Assembly (NCBI GenBank): GCA_040883225.1
Contig: JBFLKP010000115.1
Span: 1 to 43,379, forward strand
Source of the DNA: Candidatus Limnocylindrales bacterium
GTDB taxonomy: Bacteria; Chloroflexota; Limnocylindria; Limnocylindrales; CSP1-4
Length of the DNA stretch: 43,379 nucleotides
Direction: 5' to 3'
Shown: positions 1 to 9,386 of the stretch, one piece after another
Numbering within the stretch: position 1 is the stretch's first letter
Layout: each line of letters starts with the position of its first letter
Position numbers and translations under genes: made by a program
Notes under the pieces: generated by a model
The model's database searches: none
What the model saw: only the letters and a program-made list of their open reading frames with translations
What the model was told of the DNA's origin: nothing

Positions 1-576
1 ATCGACAGCGGCCACGCGGTCTGCGTCGGTGGCGGGGTCGGGACCGCGGTCGTGCACCCCATGGCCCAGGGACTCTCCGAGAAGGGCGTGCAGGTGACCT
101 CGATCATCGGTGGCCGAGCCAGGGAGTGGATCATCTTCGAGGACGAGCTCAGGCGCTACGGTGACGTGCGCGTCTGCACCGACGATGGCTCGTACGGACG
201 GCACGGGTTCGTCACCGACGAGCTGCGGGACATGCTCGAGGAAGGTGGCGTCGACCACGTGTATGCCGTGGGCCCCGTACCGATGATGGGCGCCGTGGCG
301 AACGTGACCCGGGAGTACGACGTGCCCACCACCGTCTCGCTCAACGCCATCATGGTGGACGGTACCGGCATGTGCGGCGGCTGCCGCGTGAACGTCGGCG
401 GCAAGACCGTCTACGCCTGCGTCGAGGGCCCGGAGTTCGACGCCCACGCGGTGGACTTCAAGCAGCTGGCCGATCGCCTCGCGGTGTACCGAGACGTCGA
501 GAAGGATGCCTACCCCGTGGGCACCTGCATGATCACCGGCCTCGCCGAGGCTGCCGGAGGAGACACCCCGCGATGA
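1..576 (+). CDS. nfnA: NfnA/SudB-like ferredoxin-NADP reductase-family FAD/NAD-binding [2Fe-2S] subunit (5'-truncated by window edge)
   Basis: Frame open from base 1 (IDSGHAVCVGGGVG). Motifs TDDGSYG, GPVPMM, MVDGTGMCGGCRV and CVEGPEFD. Stop overlaps the next ATG (ATGA). Confidence 0.85.
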   Translation: MDSGHAVCVGGGVGTAVVHPMAQGLSEKGVQVTSIIGGRAREWIIFEDELRRYGDVRVCTDDGSYGRHGFVTDELRDMLEEGGVDHVYAVGPVPMMGAVANVTREYDVPTTVSLNAIMVDGTGMCGGCRVNVGGKTVYACVEGPEFDAHAVDFKQLADRLAVYRDVEKDAYPVGTCMITGLAEAAGGDTPR

Positions 577-2051
577 CCGAGCGTCCCGACCTCTCCCCCA
601 AGGAACGGATGCAGATCGAGCGGCACGACGTCCCGGCCCGGTCGGCCGTCATCCGCTCGATGGACTTCAACGAGGTCAACCTGGGCTACTCCCAGGCCCT
701 GGCCATGGAGGAGGCGGAGCGCTGCCTCGACTGCCGCAACCCCCGCTGCATCGACGGCTGCCCCGTGCGCGTCAACATCCCCAAGTTCATCACGCACCTG
801 GCGGAAGGTGATCTGCACCAGGCCGCCGAGTCGCTGCTCGACGACAACGCGCTGCCCTGCGTGACCGGGCGCGTGTGCCCGCAGGAGACCCAGTGCGAGG
901 GCCTGTGCATCCGGGGCAAGAAGGGCGAGCCGGTGGCGGTCGGTGCCCTGGAGCGCTTCGTGGCCGACTGGGCCCAGGACCACCTCGACGAGCTGAACAC
1001 CAACGTCGACCCCGATACCGGGCGTCGGGTGGCCATCGTCGGCTCGGGCCCCGCCGGGCTGACCGCGGCCGGCGAGCTGGCCAAGTCCGGCCACAAGGTC
1101 ACCATCTTCGAGGCCTTCCACGCACCTGGCGGCGTGCTCATCTACGGCATTCCCGAGTTCCGCCTGCCCAAGGACATCGTGCAGAAGGAGGTCGATCGCC
1201 TCAAGGACCTCGGCGTGACCATCGAGGTCAACGCCATCGTGGGCAAGACCTGGACCCTGCGCGAGCTGCGCCAGGACTTCGACGCCGTCTTCCTCGCGGT
1301 CGGAGCAGGCCTGCCGGTGTTCATGAATATCCCCGGCGAGGAGCTCAAGGGCGTCTACTCGGCCAACGAGTACCTCACGCGCGTGAACCTCATGGGCGCG
1401 TTCCGCGAAGACAGCGACACACCGGTGCTGCACGGCCAGAAGGTCGTGGTCGTCGGTGGTGGCAACGTGGCCATGGACGCGGTGCGCACCGCGCGTCGCC
1501 TGGGAGCCAAGGAGGCCATCATCGCCTATCGCCGGGGCAAGGACGAGCTGCCCGCGCGAGCGGAGGAGATCCACCACGCCGAGGAGGAAGGCGTGAAGTT
1601 CGAGCTCATGGCCTCGCCGGTCCGCATCATCGGCAACGATGACGGCTGGGTCAGCGGCATCGAGTGCCAGATGATGGAGCTGGGTGAGCCGGACGACTCC
1701 GGTCGACGACGACCCACGGCCATCCCCGACTCCGAGTATGTCGTGGACTGCGACATGGTCGTGGTCGCCATCGGGACGCGCAGCAACCCCATGCTCACCT
1801 CGTCGGAGCCGGACCTGAGGATCAACGAGTGGGGCTACCTCGTCGTGGACGAGGACGGCATGACGTCCGTGCCCGGTATCTTCGCCGGCGGCGACATCGT
1901 CCGCGGTGCGGCCACGGTCATCCTGGCCATGGGCGATGGCAAGCGCGCAGCACGCGCCATCGAGAAGTACCTCGACTCGGTTCAGGCGTTCATCCCGGGC
2001 ACGCTCGGCAAGGCCAGCACCGAGAGCGAGCGAGCGGCCTCGGGCGCCTAG
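573..2051 (+). CDS. nfnB: NfnB/SudA/GltD-like NADPH-dependent flavoprotein with two [4Fe-4S] clusters
   Basis: ATG at 573 overlaps the upstream stop. Motifs CLDCRNPRCIDGCP, GRVCPQETQCEGLC, GSGPAGL, YGIPEFRLPK, GGGNVAMD, YRR and FAGGD. Paired with an nfnA-like gene. Confidence 0.85.
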   Translation: MTERPDLSPKERMQIERHDVPARSAVIRSMDFNEVNLGYSQALAMEEAERCLDCRNPRCIDGCPVRVNIPKFITHLAEGDLHQAAESLLDDNALPCVTGRVCPQETQCEGLCIRGKKGEPVAVGALERFVADWAQDHLDELNTNVDPDTGRRVAIVGSGPAGLTAAGELAKSGHKVTIFEAFHAPGGVLIYGIPEFRLPKDIVQKEVDRLKDLGVTIEVNAIVGKTWTLRELRQDFDAVFLAVGAGLPVFMNIPGEELKGVYSANEYLTRVNLMGAFREDSDTPVLHGQKVVVVGGGNVAMDAVRTARRLGAKEAIIAYRRGKDELPARAEEIHHAEEEGVKFELMASPVRIIGNDDGWVSGIECQMMELGEPDDSGRRRPTAIPDSEYVVDCDMVVVAIGTRSNPMLTSSEPDLRINEWGYLVVDEDGMTSVPGIFAGGDIVRGAATVILAMGDGKRAARAIEKYLDSVQAFIPGTLGKASTESERAASGA

Positions 2052-2100
2052 CTTCGCCGCGTCAGGGCTGGCTGCCGGGCCCGGCCACCGCGCTGGTGCG

Positions 2101-3516
2101 TCAGCCGGCCCGGGCGGCCGCCATGCGCTCGAGGACGAGGCGCTTCACGCCTTCGACCGGCACGCGCTCCTGGGTCATGGTGTCGCGGTCGCGCACGGTG
2201 ACGGCGCCATCCTCGAGGGAGTCGACGTCGACCGTCACGCACCAGGGCGTGCCGATCTCGTCCTGCCGCCGGTAAAGCTTGCCGATGGCGGCAGTGTCGT
2301 CGTACACGGCCATGACGTCCTGCTGCAGGTCGCTCTTGATCCTGTGGCAGAGCTCGACGATCTCGGGGCGCTTCTTGAGCAAGGGCAGCACGGCCACCTT
2401 GTAGGGCGCGATGTCGGGGTGCAGCCGAAGCACCACGCGCGTGCCCTTCTCCAGCTGCTCTTCGTGGTAGGAGTCGATGAGGAAGGTGAAGGCCGCACGG
2501 TCGGCACCGGCCGCAGCCTCCACGACCCAGGGGATGAAGTGCTCCTCTGCGAGCGGGTCGAAGTACTCGAGGTTCTCGCCCGAGGCCTTGGCGTGCGAAC
2601 CGAGGTCGAAGTCGCCGCGATTGTGCACGCCCTCCAGCTCCTTCCAGCCGAAGGGGAAGCGGTACTCCACGTCGATGGCCTTCTTGGCATAGTGCGCCAG
2701 CTCATCGGGCGCATGCTCGCGGAAGCGCAGGCGCTCGGGGGTCACGCCATAGCGCTCGTACCAGGCCTTGCGCGCCGGCAGCCACTCCTCGAAGGCCGCG
2801 GCCGCGGCCTCGCCGGGGCGCACGAAGTACTGCATCTCCATCTGCTCGAACTCGCGCATGCGGAAGACGAAGTTGCCCGGGCTGATCTCGTTGCGGAAGG
2901 ACTTGCCGATCTGGGCGATACCGAAGGGCACCTTCTTGCGGCTCGAGACCTGCACGTTCTTGAAGTTGACGTACGAGCCCTGGGCCGTCTCGGGGCGCAG
3001 GTAGATGGTCGCGCCCTCGTCTTCGACCGGGCCCATGTGCGTCTTGAACATGAGGTTGAACTTGCGGGGCGGGGACAGCGGACCCTGGTCGACCGGACAC
3101 ACGATGCCCAGCTTCTCCACGATTCCCTGGTCCTGCAGCTCGGTCGCGCTCAGCGCCTCCGCGCCCTTCAGCTCGTCGAGACGGAAGCGGCGGCGGCACT
3201 GGCCACACTCCACCAGGGGGTCGCTGAACGAGCCCACGTGGCCCGACGTGACCCACACCTCGGGGTGCATGAGGATGCCCGCGTCGAGACCCACGATGTC
3301 GTCGCGCTCCTGGACCATCGAGCGCCACCAGGCCTTCTTCACGTTGCTCTTCAGCTCCACGCCCAGCGGTCCGTAGTCCCAGACGGCATTGATGCCGCCG
3401 TAGATCTCGGAGCTGGGGTAGACGAAGCCGCGTCGCTTGGCCAGCGAGACGATGGTCTCGAGGTTCTTGACCGTGGGCCCCGGATCGGGCGCGGTGGTAG
3501 AAGGCTGGTCGGTCAC
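2101..3516 (-). CDS. glyQS: Glycine--tRNA ligase, homodimeric (alpha2) type
   Basis: [39 protein letters not shown] and anticodon domain [17 protein letters not shown] upstream. Confidence 0.96.
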   Translation of the reverse strand: MTDQPSTTAPDPGPTVKNLETIVSLAKRRGFVYPSSEIYGGINAVWDYGPLGVELKSNVKKAWWRSMVQERDDIVGLDAGILMHPEVWVTSGHVGSFSDPLVECGQCRRRFRLDELKGAEALSATELQDQGIVEKLGIVCPVDQGPLSPPRKFNLMFKTHMGPVEDEGATIYLRPETAQGSYVNFKNVQVSSRKKVPFGIAQIGKSFRNEISPGNFVFRMREFEQMEMQYFVRPGEAAAAAFEEWLPARKAWYERYGVTPERLRFREHAPDELAHYAKKAIDVEYRFPFGWKELEGVHNRGDFDLGSHAKASGENLEYFDPLAEEHFIPWVVEAAAGADRAAFTFLIDSYHEEQLEKGTRVVLRLHPDIAPYKVAVLPLLKKRPEIVELCHRIKSDLQQDVMAVYDDTAAIGKLYRRQDEIGTPWCVTVDVDSLEDGAVTVRDRDTMTQERVPVEGVKRLVLERMAAARAG

Positions 3517-3570
3517 TGCTGGGGTCTCCTGGGCGTGGCGCCGGCGATGGCAGTGCCGGTCTTATCCCTG

Positions 3571-3579
3571 ATTGTGGCA
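3571..3579 (-). promoter_or_regulatory. Putative extended -10 promoter (TGcCACAAT) for glyQS
   Basis: TGnCACAAT about 55 nt upstream of the GTG, in the recO-glyQS spacer, inside a short CCCTG..CAGGG inverted repeat. Confidence 0.45.
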
Positions 3580-3592
3580 GGGAACGGCGATC

Positions 3593-4360
3593 TCAGCCGC
3601 CGGTCCTGCGGACCTCGTCCACGAAGGACAGCGAGCGGGCCTCGCGTTCGAGGGCGAAGCGGGTGTAGCGGCGCATCACCGACTCGACCTCAGACTCGAC
3701 CGCTGGTGGCACGCGCATCGCGGCCAACGCCTCGACGTCGAAGCGCCGGTAGGCCTTGAGCAGCTTCAGCGCCTCGAGCGAGAGTCCCACCGTCTCGGCC
3801 GGTGGCGGCGGGTGGTCGGGACAGAGCACCCCACCCAGCGCGGGAACCCAGCGGAAGGTGTCGGTCTCGTTGAGCACCCGGTCGCACTCCACGCAGCGGT
3901 CGAGCTCGGGCCGCACGCCGAGCGCATCCGCCAGGCCCGACTCGAACCAGCGCGCCACCCGGCCAGGCTCCATGCCGTCGTCGAGCAGCTGGCAGGCACG
4001 CCGCAGCAGGCCATAGACCGGATGCTCCCCTGCCCGCTCCTCGACCGCCCGGTCGGCCAGCTCCCCGAGGTACCAGGCGGTGGCCGTGGACTCGAGCCGG
4101 TCGCGCAGGCGGAGCCAGGCGTGGGCCACGCTGACCTGGGTGATGACATCGAGGTTGCGGCCGCGCGCGAGCACGACCTCGAGCTCCGCGAACGGCTCGA
4201 CCGAGCCGCCGATGCGGCTCCTGGGCCTGCGTACGCCCTTGGCCACGGCCCGGATCTTGCCGTCCTCGGGCGTGAGCAGCGTGATGATGCGGTCGGCTTC
4301 ACCCAGGTCGAAGTGGGCGAGGACGATGGCGCGCGTCTTGTACGTCCGCGGTCGAGGCAC
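3593..4360 (-). CDS. recO: DNA repair protein RecO
   Basis: GEADRIITLLT..GKIRAVAKGVRR OB fold and CVEC..LC zinc region. Start set at GTG 4360. Confidence 0.95.
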   Translation of the reverse strand: MPRPRTYKTRAIVLAHFDLGEADRIITLLTPEDGKIRAVAKGVRRPRSRIGGSVEPFAELEVVLARGRNLDVITQVSVAHAWLRLRDRLESTATAWYLGELADRAVEERAGEHPVYGLLRRACQLLDDGMEPGRVARWFESGLADALGVRPELDRCVECDRVLNETDTFRWVPALGGVLCPDHPPPPAETVGLSLEALKLLKAYRRFDVEALAAMRVPPAVESEVESVMRRYTRFALEREARSLSFVDEVRRTGG

Positions 4361-4367
4361 GCTCCGG

Positions 4368-4373
4368 AGCGTA
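4368..4373 (-). promoter_or_regulatory. -10 element (TACGCT) 7 nt before the recO start; probable leaderless promoter
   Basis: TANNNT hexamer, then CCGGAGC, then GTG. Confidence 0.55.
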
Positions 4374-4430
4374 TCGTGCGGCCGCGGGGCGTGTCGTGGA
4401 GTCGTCATCCGGGAATGTGCTACGAGCAGG

Positions 4431-4436
4431 TATCAT
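4431..4436 (+). promoter_or_regulatory. -10 element (TATCAT) 6 nt before the polyprenyl synthase start; probable leaderless promoter
   Basis: TATCAT-GTCCGC-GTG with no SD. Confidence 0.6.
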
Positions 4437-4442
4437 GTCCGC

Positions 4443-5465
4443 GTGCTGACCGCCATCGACCTCGACCGCCTCATCGCCGACACCGAGCAGGAGATGCTCG
4501 GCGTCATCGAGCGCCACGAAGACGCCCGCACGCGCGAGCTGTACGAGATGGTCCGCTACCACATGGGCCTGGACACGCACGCTCCGCGCGGCAAGCGCAT
4601 GCGTCCGCTCATCGGCCTGCTGGCGTACCAGTCCATCGCGGGCGATCACGCCAAGGCGCTGCCCGGTGCGGCCGCGGTCGAGATGGGGCACAACTTCAGC
4701 CTCGTCCACGACGACATCGAGGACAACGGCACCGAGCGCCGGCATCGGCCGGCGCTGTGGACGGTGTGGGGCAAGGCGCAGGCCATCAACACCGGCGACG
4801 CGCTCTTCACGCTCAGCCGCATGGCCCTCTATCGCCTGGAGGAAGAGGGCTTCGATGACGCCCGCATCCTGCGGCTCATGCGCCTCTACGACCAGACCTG
4901 CCTGGAGCTGTGCGAGGGCCAGTTCATGGACATCTGGACGTCGGAGCACGACGAGTGGATGTCGGTCGACTACTACTTCGACATGATCGGCCGCAAGACG
5001 GCCGCGCTCATCGCCGGCTCGGCAGAAGCCGGCGCGGTGCTGGCCACCGAGGACGAGAGCGTCATCAGCGCCTATCGCCGGTTCGGCTGGGCGCTGGGAC
5101 TGGCCTTCCAGCTCAACGACGACCTGCTGGGCATCTGGGGCGACGAGGCCTCGACGGGCAAGGCGACCTCGGACATCGTCACGCGCAAGAAGACGCTGCC
5201 GCTGATCTACGCCCTGGCCCAGTCGACCGGCGACGATCGAGCGCGGCTGCGGGCCATCCTGGCCCAGTCGGACCGCGACCCCACCCCCGACCAGGTCGGC
5301 GAGGTGGAGGCCATCCTCGAGCGCGTCGGTGCCCGCGACTACACCCGCGCCCGCGCCCGCGAGTACCGCGATGAGGCGCTGGCCCAGCTCGGCTCCGTGG
5401 GCACCGTCGACCGGGCGTCGATGGAGCGCCTGGCCGACGTCGTGCGCGGCGTCATCCGCGCCTAG
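4443..5465 (+). CDS. Short-chain trans-polyprenyl diphosphate synthase (GGPP synthase/IdsA-like)
   Basis: GKRMRP, first Asp-rich motif HNFSLVHDDIED..RR, GQFMD, KTA and second motif FQLNDDLLG. Confidence 0.92.
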   Translation: MLTAIDLDRLIADTEQEMLGVIERHEDARTRELYEMVRYHMGLDTHAPRGKRMRPLIGLLAYQSIAGDHAKALPGAAAVEMGHNFSLVHDDIEDNGTERRHRPALWTVWGKAQAINTGDALFTLSRMALYRLEEEGFDDARILRLMRLYDQTCLELCEGQFMDIWTSEHDEWMSVDYYFDMIGRKTAALIAGSAEAGAVLATEDESVISAYRRFGWALGLAFQLNDDLLGIWGDEASTGKATSDIVTRKKTLPLIYALAQSTGDDRARLRAILAQSDRDPTPDQVGEVEAILERVGARDYTRARAREYRDEALAQLGSVGTVDRASMERLADVVRGVIRA

Positions 5466-5486
5466 GAGCCGGGGGCGGAGCCGCAG

Positions 5487-6815
5487 CTACACTTCGGTCG
5501 CTTCGACCTCCACGGGCTCTGGCGGGGTGTGGAGCACGTGGACCGTGCGCACTCGTCGCCCGTCGGTCGCCTCGACGGTGAGCTTGAGCCCGTCGACCTG
5601 GACCGTGTCCCCGACCGCGGGCACGCCGCCGATGTGGTGGTAGACGAGCCCACCGACGGTATCGAACTCCTCCTGGTCGTCACCGTCGAGGGCCGTGTCG
5701 AAGTGCTCGAGGAGGTCGTCCACGTCGGTCCGCCCGTCGACCCGCGCCTCGTGGTCACCGAGGGGCACGATCATCGGCTCCTCCTCGTCGTACTCGTCCT
5801 GGATCTCACCGACGATCTCCTCGAGCAGGTCCTCGATGGTCACGAGGCCAGCCGTGCCGCCGTGCTCGTCGAGCACGATGGCGATATGGACGCGCCGGCG
5901 CTGGAGCGAGCGAAGCAGGTCATCGACGAGCATGGACTCGGGCACGAAGAGCGGGGTGCGCAGCAGGCTGCGGATCGACGGCGGCCGGTCCTCGCCCACC
6001 AGGAAGGGCAGCAGGTCCTTGGCGTAGAGCATGCCGATGATGTTGTCGATGTTGTCCTCGTAGACCGGGATACGCGAGTGGCCCTCGCCCACGATGGTGT
6101 CGACGATCTGGGCCAGCGTGGCGTCGGCCTCGAGCGTGATCATGTCGACGCGCGCGACCATGACCTCGTGCGCGCGCTGCTCGCTGAGCTCGAGCACGCC
6201 GCCGATCATCTGCTCCTCTTCGGCTTCGATCGTGCCCTGCTCCGACCCGCGCTCGACGAGGATGAGCAGCTCCTCGCTGGTGATGGCGTCGTCGGTGCTG
6301 ACGTTGCGCACGCCCAACAGCCGTGTCACCGCATGCGTGACCGTCGTCAGGAACCAGACCACCGGTCCCAACGCGCGCCCGATGACCTCGATGGGCCGCG
6401 AGAGCGTGAGGGCGTAGCGCTCGGCATGGGCCAAGGCCAGCGTCTTGGGCACGAGCTCGCCGAAGATGATGGTCACGAGGCTCACGAAGAGCGTCACGAT
6501 GAGCAGCGAGATGAGCTCCGCGGCGCCTCCGAGACCCACGCTGCGCAGCCACTCCGCGAGCTGGCCCGCGACGCTGGCACCGGCGAAGGCCGCGGCCAGG
6601 AAGCCGATGAAGGTGATGCCGAGCTGGATGGTGGCCAGCACGCCGGCCGGCTGCTCGATCATGCGCGCTACGCGCGTCGCGCGCGCGTCGCCTTCGTCGC
6701 TCAGCTGCCGCAACCGGCTGCGGCGCACGGTGACGAGGGCGATCTCGGCGGCCACGAAGACGCCGTTGAAGGCCACGAGCAGGGCGATGATGAGGAGTTC
6801 GACCAGGGAGCCCAT
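5487..6815 (-). CDS. Hemolysin-family/CNNM (DUF21)-CBS-CorC_HlyC membrane protein, probable Mg2+/divalent cation transporter
   Basis: N-terminal TM helices (FVAAEIALV, IQLGIT, GELVPK), CBS pair (HSRIPVY, VLDEHGGTAGLVTIEDLLEEIVGEI) and CorC domain (DTVGG). Confidence 0.92.
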   Translation of the reverse strand: MGSLVELLIIALLVAFNGVFVAAEIALVTVRRSRLRQLSDEGDARATRVARMIEQPAGVLATIQLGITFIGFLAAAFAGASVAGQLAEWLRSVGLGGAAELISLLIVTLFVSLVTIIFGELVPKTLALAHAERYALTLSRPIEVIGRALGPVVWFLTTVTHAVTRLLGVRNVSTDDAITSEELLILVERGSEQGTIEAEEEQMIGGVLELSEQRAHEVMVARVDMITLEADATLAQIVDTIVGEGHSRIPVYEDNIDNIIGMLYAKDLLPFLVGEDRPPSIRSLLRTPLFVPESMLVDDLLRSLQRRRVHIAIVLDEHGGTAGLVTIEDLLEEIVGEIQDEYDEEEPMIVPLGDHEARVDGRTDVDDLLEHFDTALDGDDQEEFDTVGGLVYHHIGGVPAVGDTVQVDGLKLTVEATDGRRVRTVHVLHTPPEPVEVEATEV

Positions 6816-8263
6816 CAGCGGTCCGGGGCGTCCTCGGTGTGGGTTCCGTCAGCGCCCTCGGTCGCGGCCTCGGCCTCGGCCGCGGCGGACTTCGAGGCCT
6901 GGGCATGGCGCTCGCGGATGCGTGCCGGCACGCCCAGGGCCATCTCCCCATCGGGCACGTCCCGAGTCACCAGCGAGGCGGCACCGGTGTAGGCGCCCGC
7001 ACCCACGGTGACCGGCGCACGCATGATGGTGTCGGAGCCGATGAAGGCACCGTCGCCGATCTTCGTGCGGTGCTTCATGCGGCCGTCATAGTTCGCGGTG
7101 ATGGAGCCGGCGCCGATGTTGACCCTCTCTCCGACCTCGGCGTCGCCGAGATAGCTGAAGTGGTGGCTCTTGGTGCCGGCCCCGATCGTGCTGTTCTTGA
7201 CCTCGGCGAAGTTGCCCAGCTCGACCCGTGGGCCGATGTAGGAGCCCTTGCGCACGTGGCTGAACGGGCCGATGGTGGCGTCAGCGTCGACCGTAGCGCC
7301 CTCCAGCACGCTGGCCCAGACCACGGTGCGCTCGCCGACCGTGGTGTCGAAGACCTGGGAGCCGGCGCGGATGACCGCATCGCGCTCGATGACCGTCTGG
7401 CCACGAAGCACGACGTTGGGCTCGAGGGTGACGTCCTCGGCGATGCGCACGCTCTGGTCGATGTACGTGGTGGACGGGTCCAACATCGTCACGCCCGCGG
7501 CCATGTGGGCCTCGAGGATGCGGAGGCGCATCTCGAGCTCGGCGTCGGCCAGCTGACGACGATCGTTGATGCCCAACAGCGTGCCGTCGTCCTCGACCTC
7601 GAGGGTGACCACGGCGCGGTCGTCGCGGCGCGCCAGCGGGATGAGCTCGGGCAGGTAGAGCTCGCCGCTGACCGGGCTGGGCTCGACCTCGCCGATGCGC
7701 AGGCGCAGCCACTCCGCGTCGAAGGCGTAGAGCCCGGCGTTGATCTCGGTGATGCCGCGCTGCTCCTCGGTCGCGTCACTGAACTCGACCACCCTGGTGG
7801 TGCGGCCCTCGGCGTCTCGGGTCACACGCCCGAGCGCGGCCGGATCCTCCATGTCCACGCAGATCAGCGCCACCGCCGCATCGACGTCGCGCCGGGCCTC
7901 GACCAGGTCAAGCAGCACGTCCGCGTCCACCAGGGGGACGTCGCCGGAGAGCACGAGGATCTCGCGCACTTCGGTCGGCAGCTCACGCAGTGCCGTGGCG
8001 ACGGCGTCGGCGGTCCCTCGTGGCTCCGCCTGGATGGCGAAGTCAGCCGCTCCCGCGAAGACGTCGGCGACCTGAGCGACCGGCGGGCTGATGACGACGG
8101 TCGGACGGTTGCCGGTCGCGGCCTGGGCAGCGTCAAGGACATAACCCAGCATGGGTCGGCCGCAGACGGGGTGGAGCACCTTGGGAGTGCTCGAACGCAT
8201 TCGGGTACCAAGCCCCGCGGCCATCACGACCGCCACGAGGGGCTGTGGTTGGTGGGTGTTCAC
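6815..8263 (-). CDS. glmU: Bifunctional UDP-GlcNAc pyrophosphorylase / glucosamine-1-P N-acetyltransferase
   Basis: AAGLGTRMRS..PK, EINAG, ELYL, GNFAEVK, HFSYLGDA, NYDG and hexapeptide repeats. Confidence 0.96.
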   Translation of the reverse strand: MNTHQPQPLVAVVMAAGLGTRMRSSTPKVLHPVCGRPMLGYVLDAAQAATGNRPTVVISPPVAQVADVFAGAADFAIQAEPRGTADAVATALRELPTEVREILVLSGDVPLVDADVLLDLVEARRDVDAAVALICVDMEDPAALGRVTRDAEGRTTRVVEFSDATEEQRGITEINAGLYAFDAEWLRLRIGEVEPSPVSGELYLPELIPLARRDDRAVVTLEVEDDGTLLGINDRRQLADAELEMRLRILEAHMAAGVTMLDPSTTYIDQSVRIAEDVTLEPNVVLRGQTVIERDAVIRAGSQVFDTTVGERTVVWASVLEGATVDADATIGPFSHVRKGSYIGPRVELGNFAEVKNSTIGAGTKSHHFSYLGDAEVGERVNIGAGSITANYDGRMKHRTKIGDGAFIGSDTIMRAPVTVGAGAYTGAASLVTRDVPDGEMALGVPARIRERHAQASKSAAAEAEAATEGADGTHTEDAPDR

Positions 8264-8318
8264 GAAGCGGCGGTACCGCCCTTCGGTGATGGAGGGTGTT
8301 CGGGCATCAGGTTGGATG

Positions 8319-8348
8319 AATCTAGGGGTCGCGCCCTCGGGGTGTCAA
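8319..8348 (-). promoter_or_regulatory. sigma70-type promoter for glmU: -35 TTGACA, 18-nt spacer, -10 TAGATT
   Basis: Perfect -35 at 8348-8343 and -10 at 8324-8319, about 55 nt upstream of the glmU GTG. Confidence 0.7.
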
Positions 8349-8370
8349 ACGCCTGACCCAGCCATGGACC

Positions 8371-8376
8371 TACCAT
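8371..8376 (+). promoter_or_regulatory. Putative -10 (TACCAT) for ferritin
   Basis: TANNNT about 33 nt upstream of the ATG, with a GAGG SD. No clear -35. Confidence 0.4.
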
Positions 8377-8409
8377 GTCAGGACGAACCAGCCACAGACG
8401 AGGTCTGCC

Positions 8410-8940
8410 ATGTCCCGTTTCAACGAGGCCCTCGACAAGCACATCGCCAACGAGTTCGCCGCTTCGCAGCAGTACGTCGCCATCGCGGCCTGGTACGACG
8501 ACCAGACGCTGCCGCAGCTGGCAGCCCACTTCTACCGCCAGGCGGTCGAGGAACGGAACCACGCCATGATGATCGTGCAGTACCTGCTCGACGCGGGTGC
8601 CAAGGTCACCATCCCCGGTGTGGAGGCGCCCAGGACGGCGTTCGACTCGTATATCGAGCCGGTGCGGATGGCGCTCGAGCAGGAGCGGGAGGTCACGCGC
8701 CTCATCACCGACCTGGCCCACCTTGCGCGCGAGGAAGGCGACCTCGTGGGAGAGCAGTTCCTGGCCTGGTTCCTGGCCGAGCAGCGAGAGGAAGAGGCGA
8801 GCATGGCCGACCTCGTGCGCACCGTAGAACGCGCGGCCGAGACCAACATCCTGCTCGCCGACGACTACCTTGCGCGCAACGCCGTGGGCGACGGCGGAGA
8901 GGATGCCGGTGCCCCCGAGGCGGCCGGCGGTGCCCTCTAG
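8410..8940 (+). CDS. Non-heme ferritin (FtnA/BfrB-like)
   Basis: Ferroxidase-centre pattern NEFAASQQY, EERNHAM, EQERE and EQREEE in a four-helix bundle. Confidence 0.92.
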   Translation: MSRFNEALDKHIANEFAASQQYVAIAAWYDDQTLPQLAAHFYRQAVEERNHAMMIVQYLLDAGAKVTIPGVEAPRTAFDSYIEPVRMALEQEREVTRLITDLAHLAREEGDLVGEQFLAWFLAEQREEEASMADLVRTVERAAETNILLADDYLARNAVGDGGEDAGAPEAAGGAL

Positions 8941-9005
8941 GCCCAGATCACCGATGGACCGGGGCGAAGGCCGGCGTCGCCGACGATCGACCTCGAGCGC
9001 CCGCT

Positions 9006-9386
9006 TCAGCGCTTCTGGGCGATGACCTCGATCTCGACGCGGATGTCCAGCGGCAGCCGGGCTGCCTGGATCGTGGTGCGCGCAGGATACGGTTCGGGCA
9101 GGTAGGAGCCGTAGACCTCGTTGAAGGCCTTGAAGTCGTCCATGTCCGCGAGATAGCAGGTCGACTTCACGACGTCGCTGAAGTCGAGCCCCGTCTCCGC
9201 GAGGACGGCCTTGATGTTCTCCATCGTGCGCCGGGTCTGAGTGGCCACATCGCCTTCCACGATGGTGTTCGTCTCGGGGTCCATGGGCCCCTGGCCGGAG
9301 CAGAAGACGAGGCTGTCGGTGACGATGGCCTGGCTGTAGGGCCCGAGCGCGTTGGGGGCCTTCGATGTCTGGATGCGCTGCTTCAC
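9006..9386 (-). CDS. ridA: RidA/YjgF reactive enamine/imine deaminase
   Basis: APxAxGPYSQA, SGQ, FNEVY, PART and VEIE motifs. Confidence 0.93.
   Translation of the reverse strand: MKQRIQTSKAPNALGPYSQAIVTDSLVFCSGQGPMDPETNTIVEGDVATQTRRTMENIKAVLAETGLDFSDVVKSTCYLADMDDFKAFNEVYGSYLPEPYPARTTIQAARLPLDIRVEIEVIAQKR

Noticed and set aside
372-572. N-terminal extensions in the ORF track (nfnB, and likewise ispE, rsmA, tsaD, rimI, tsaB, alr, acpS, rplD and rplE)
   Set aside because: They overlap upstream genes out of frame. Later starts that abut or overlap the previous stop match the family N-termini.
3517-3592. T-box riboswitch upstream of glyQS
   Set aside because: The spacer is 76 nt and lacks the AAGGTGGNACC(R)CG T-box motif and a terminator.
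8321-8340. Possible DtxR/IdeR or Fur box upstream of ferritin (CTAGGG..CCCTCG)
   Set aside because: Spacing and sequence do not fit the 19-bp consensus, and the segment is explained as the glmU promoter spacer.
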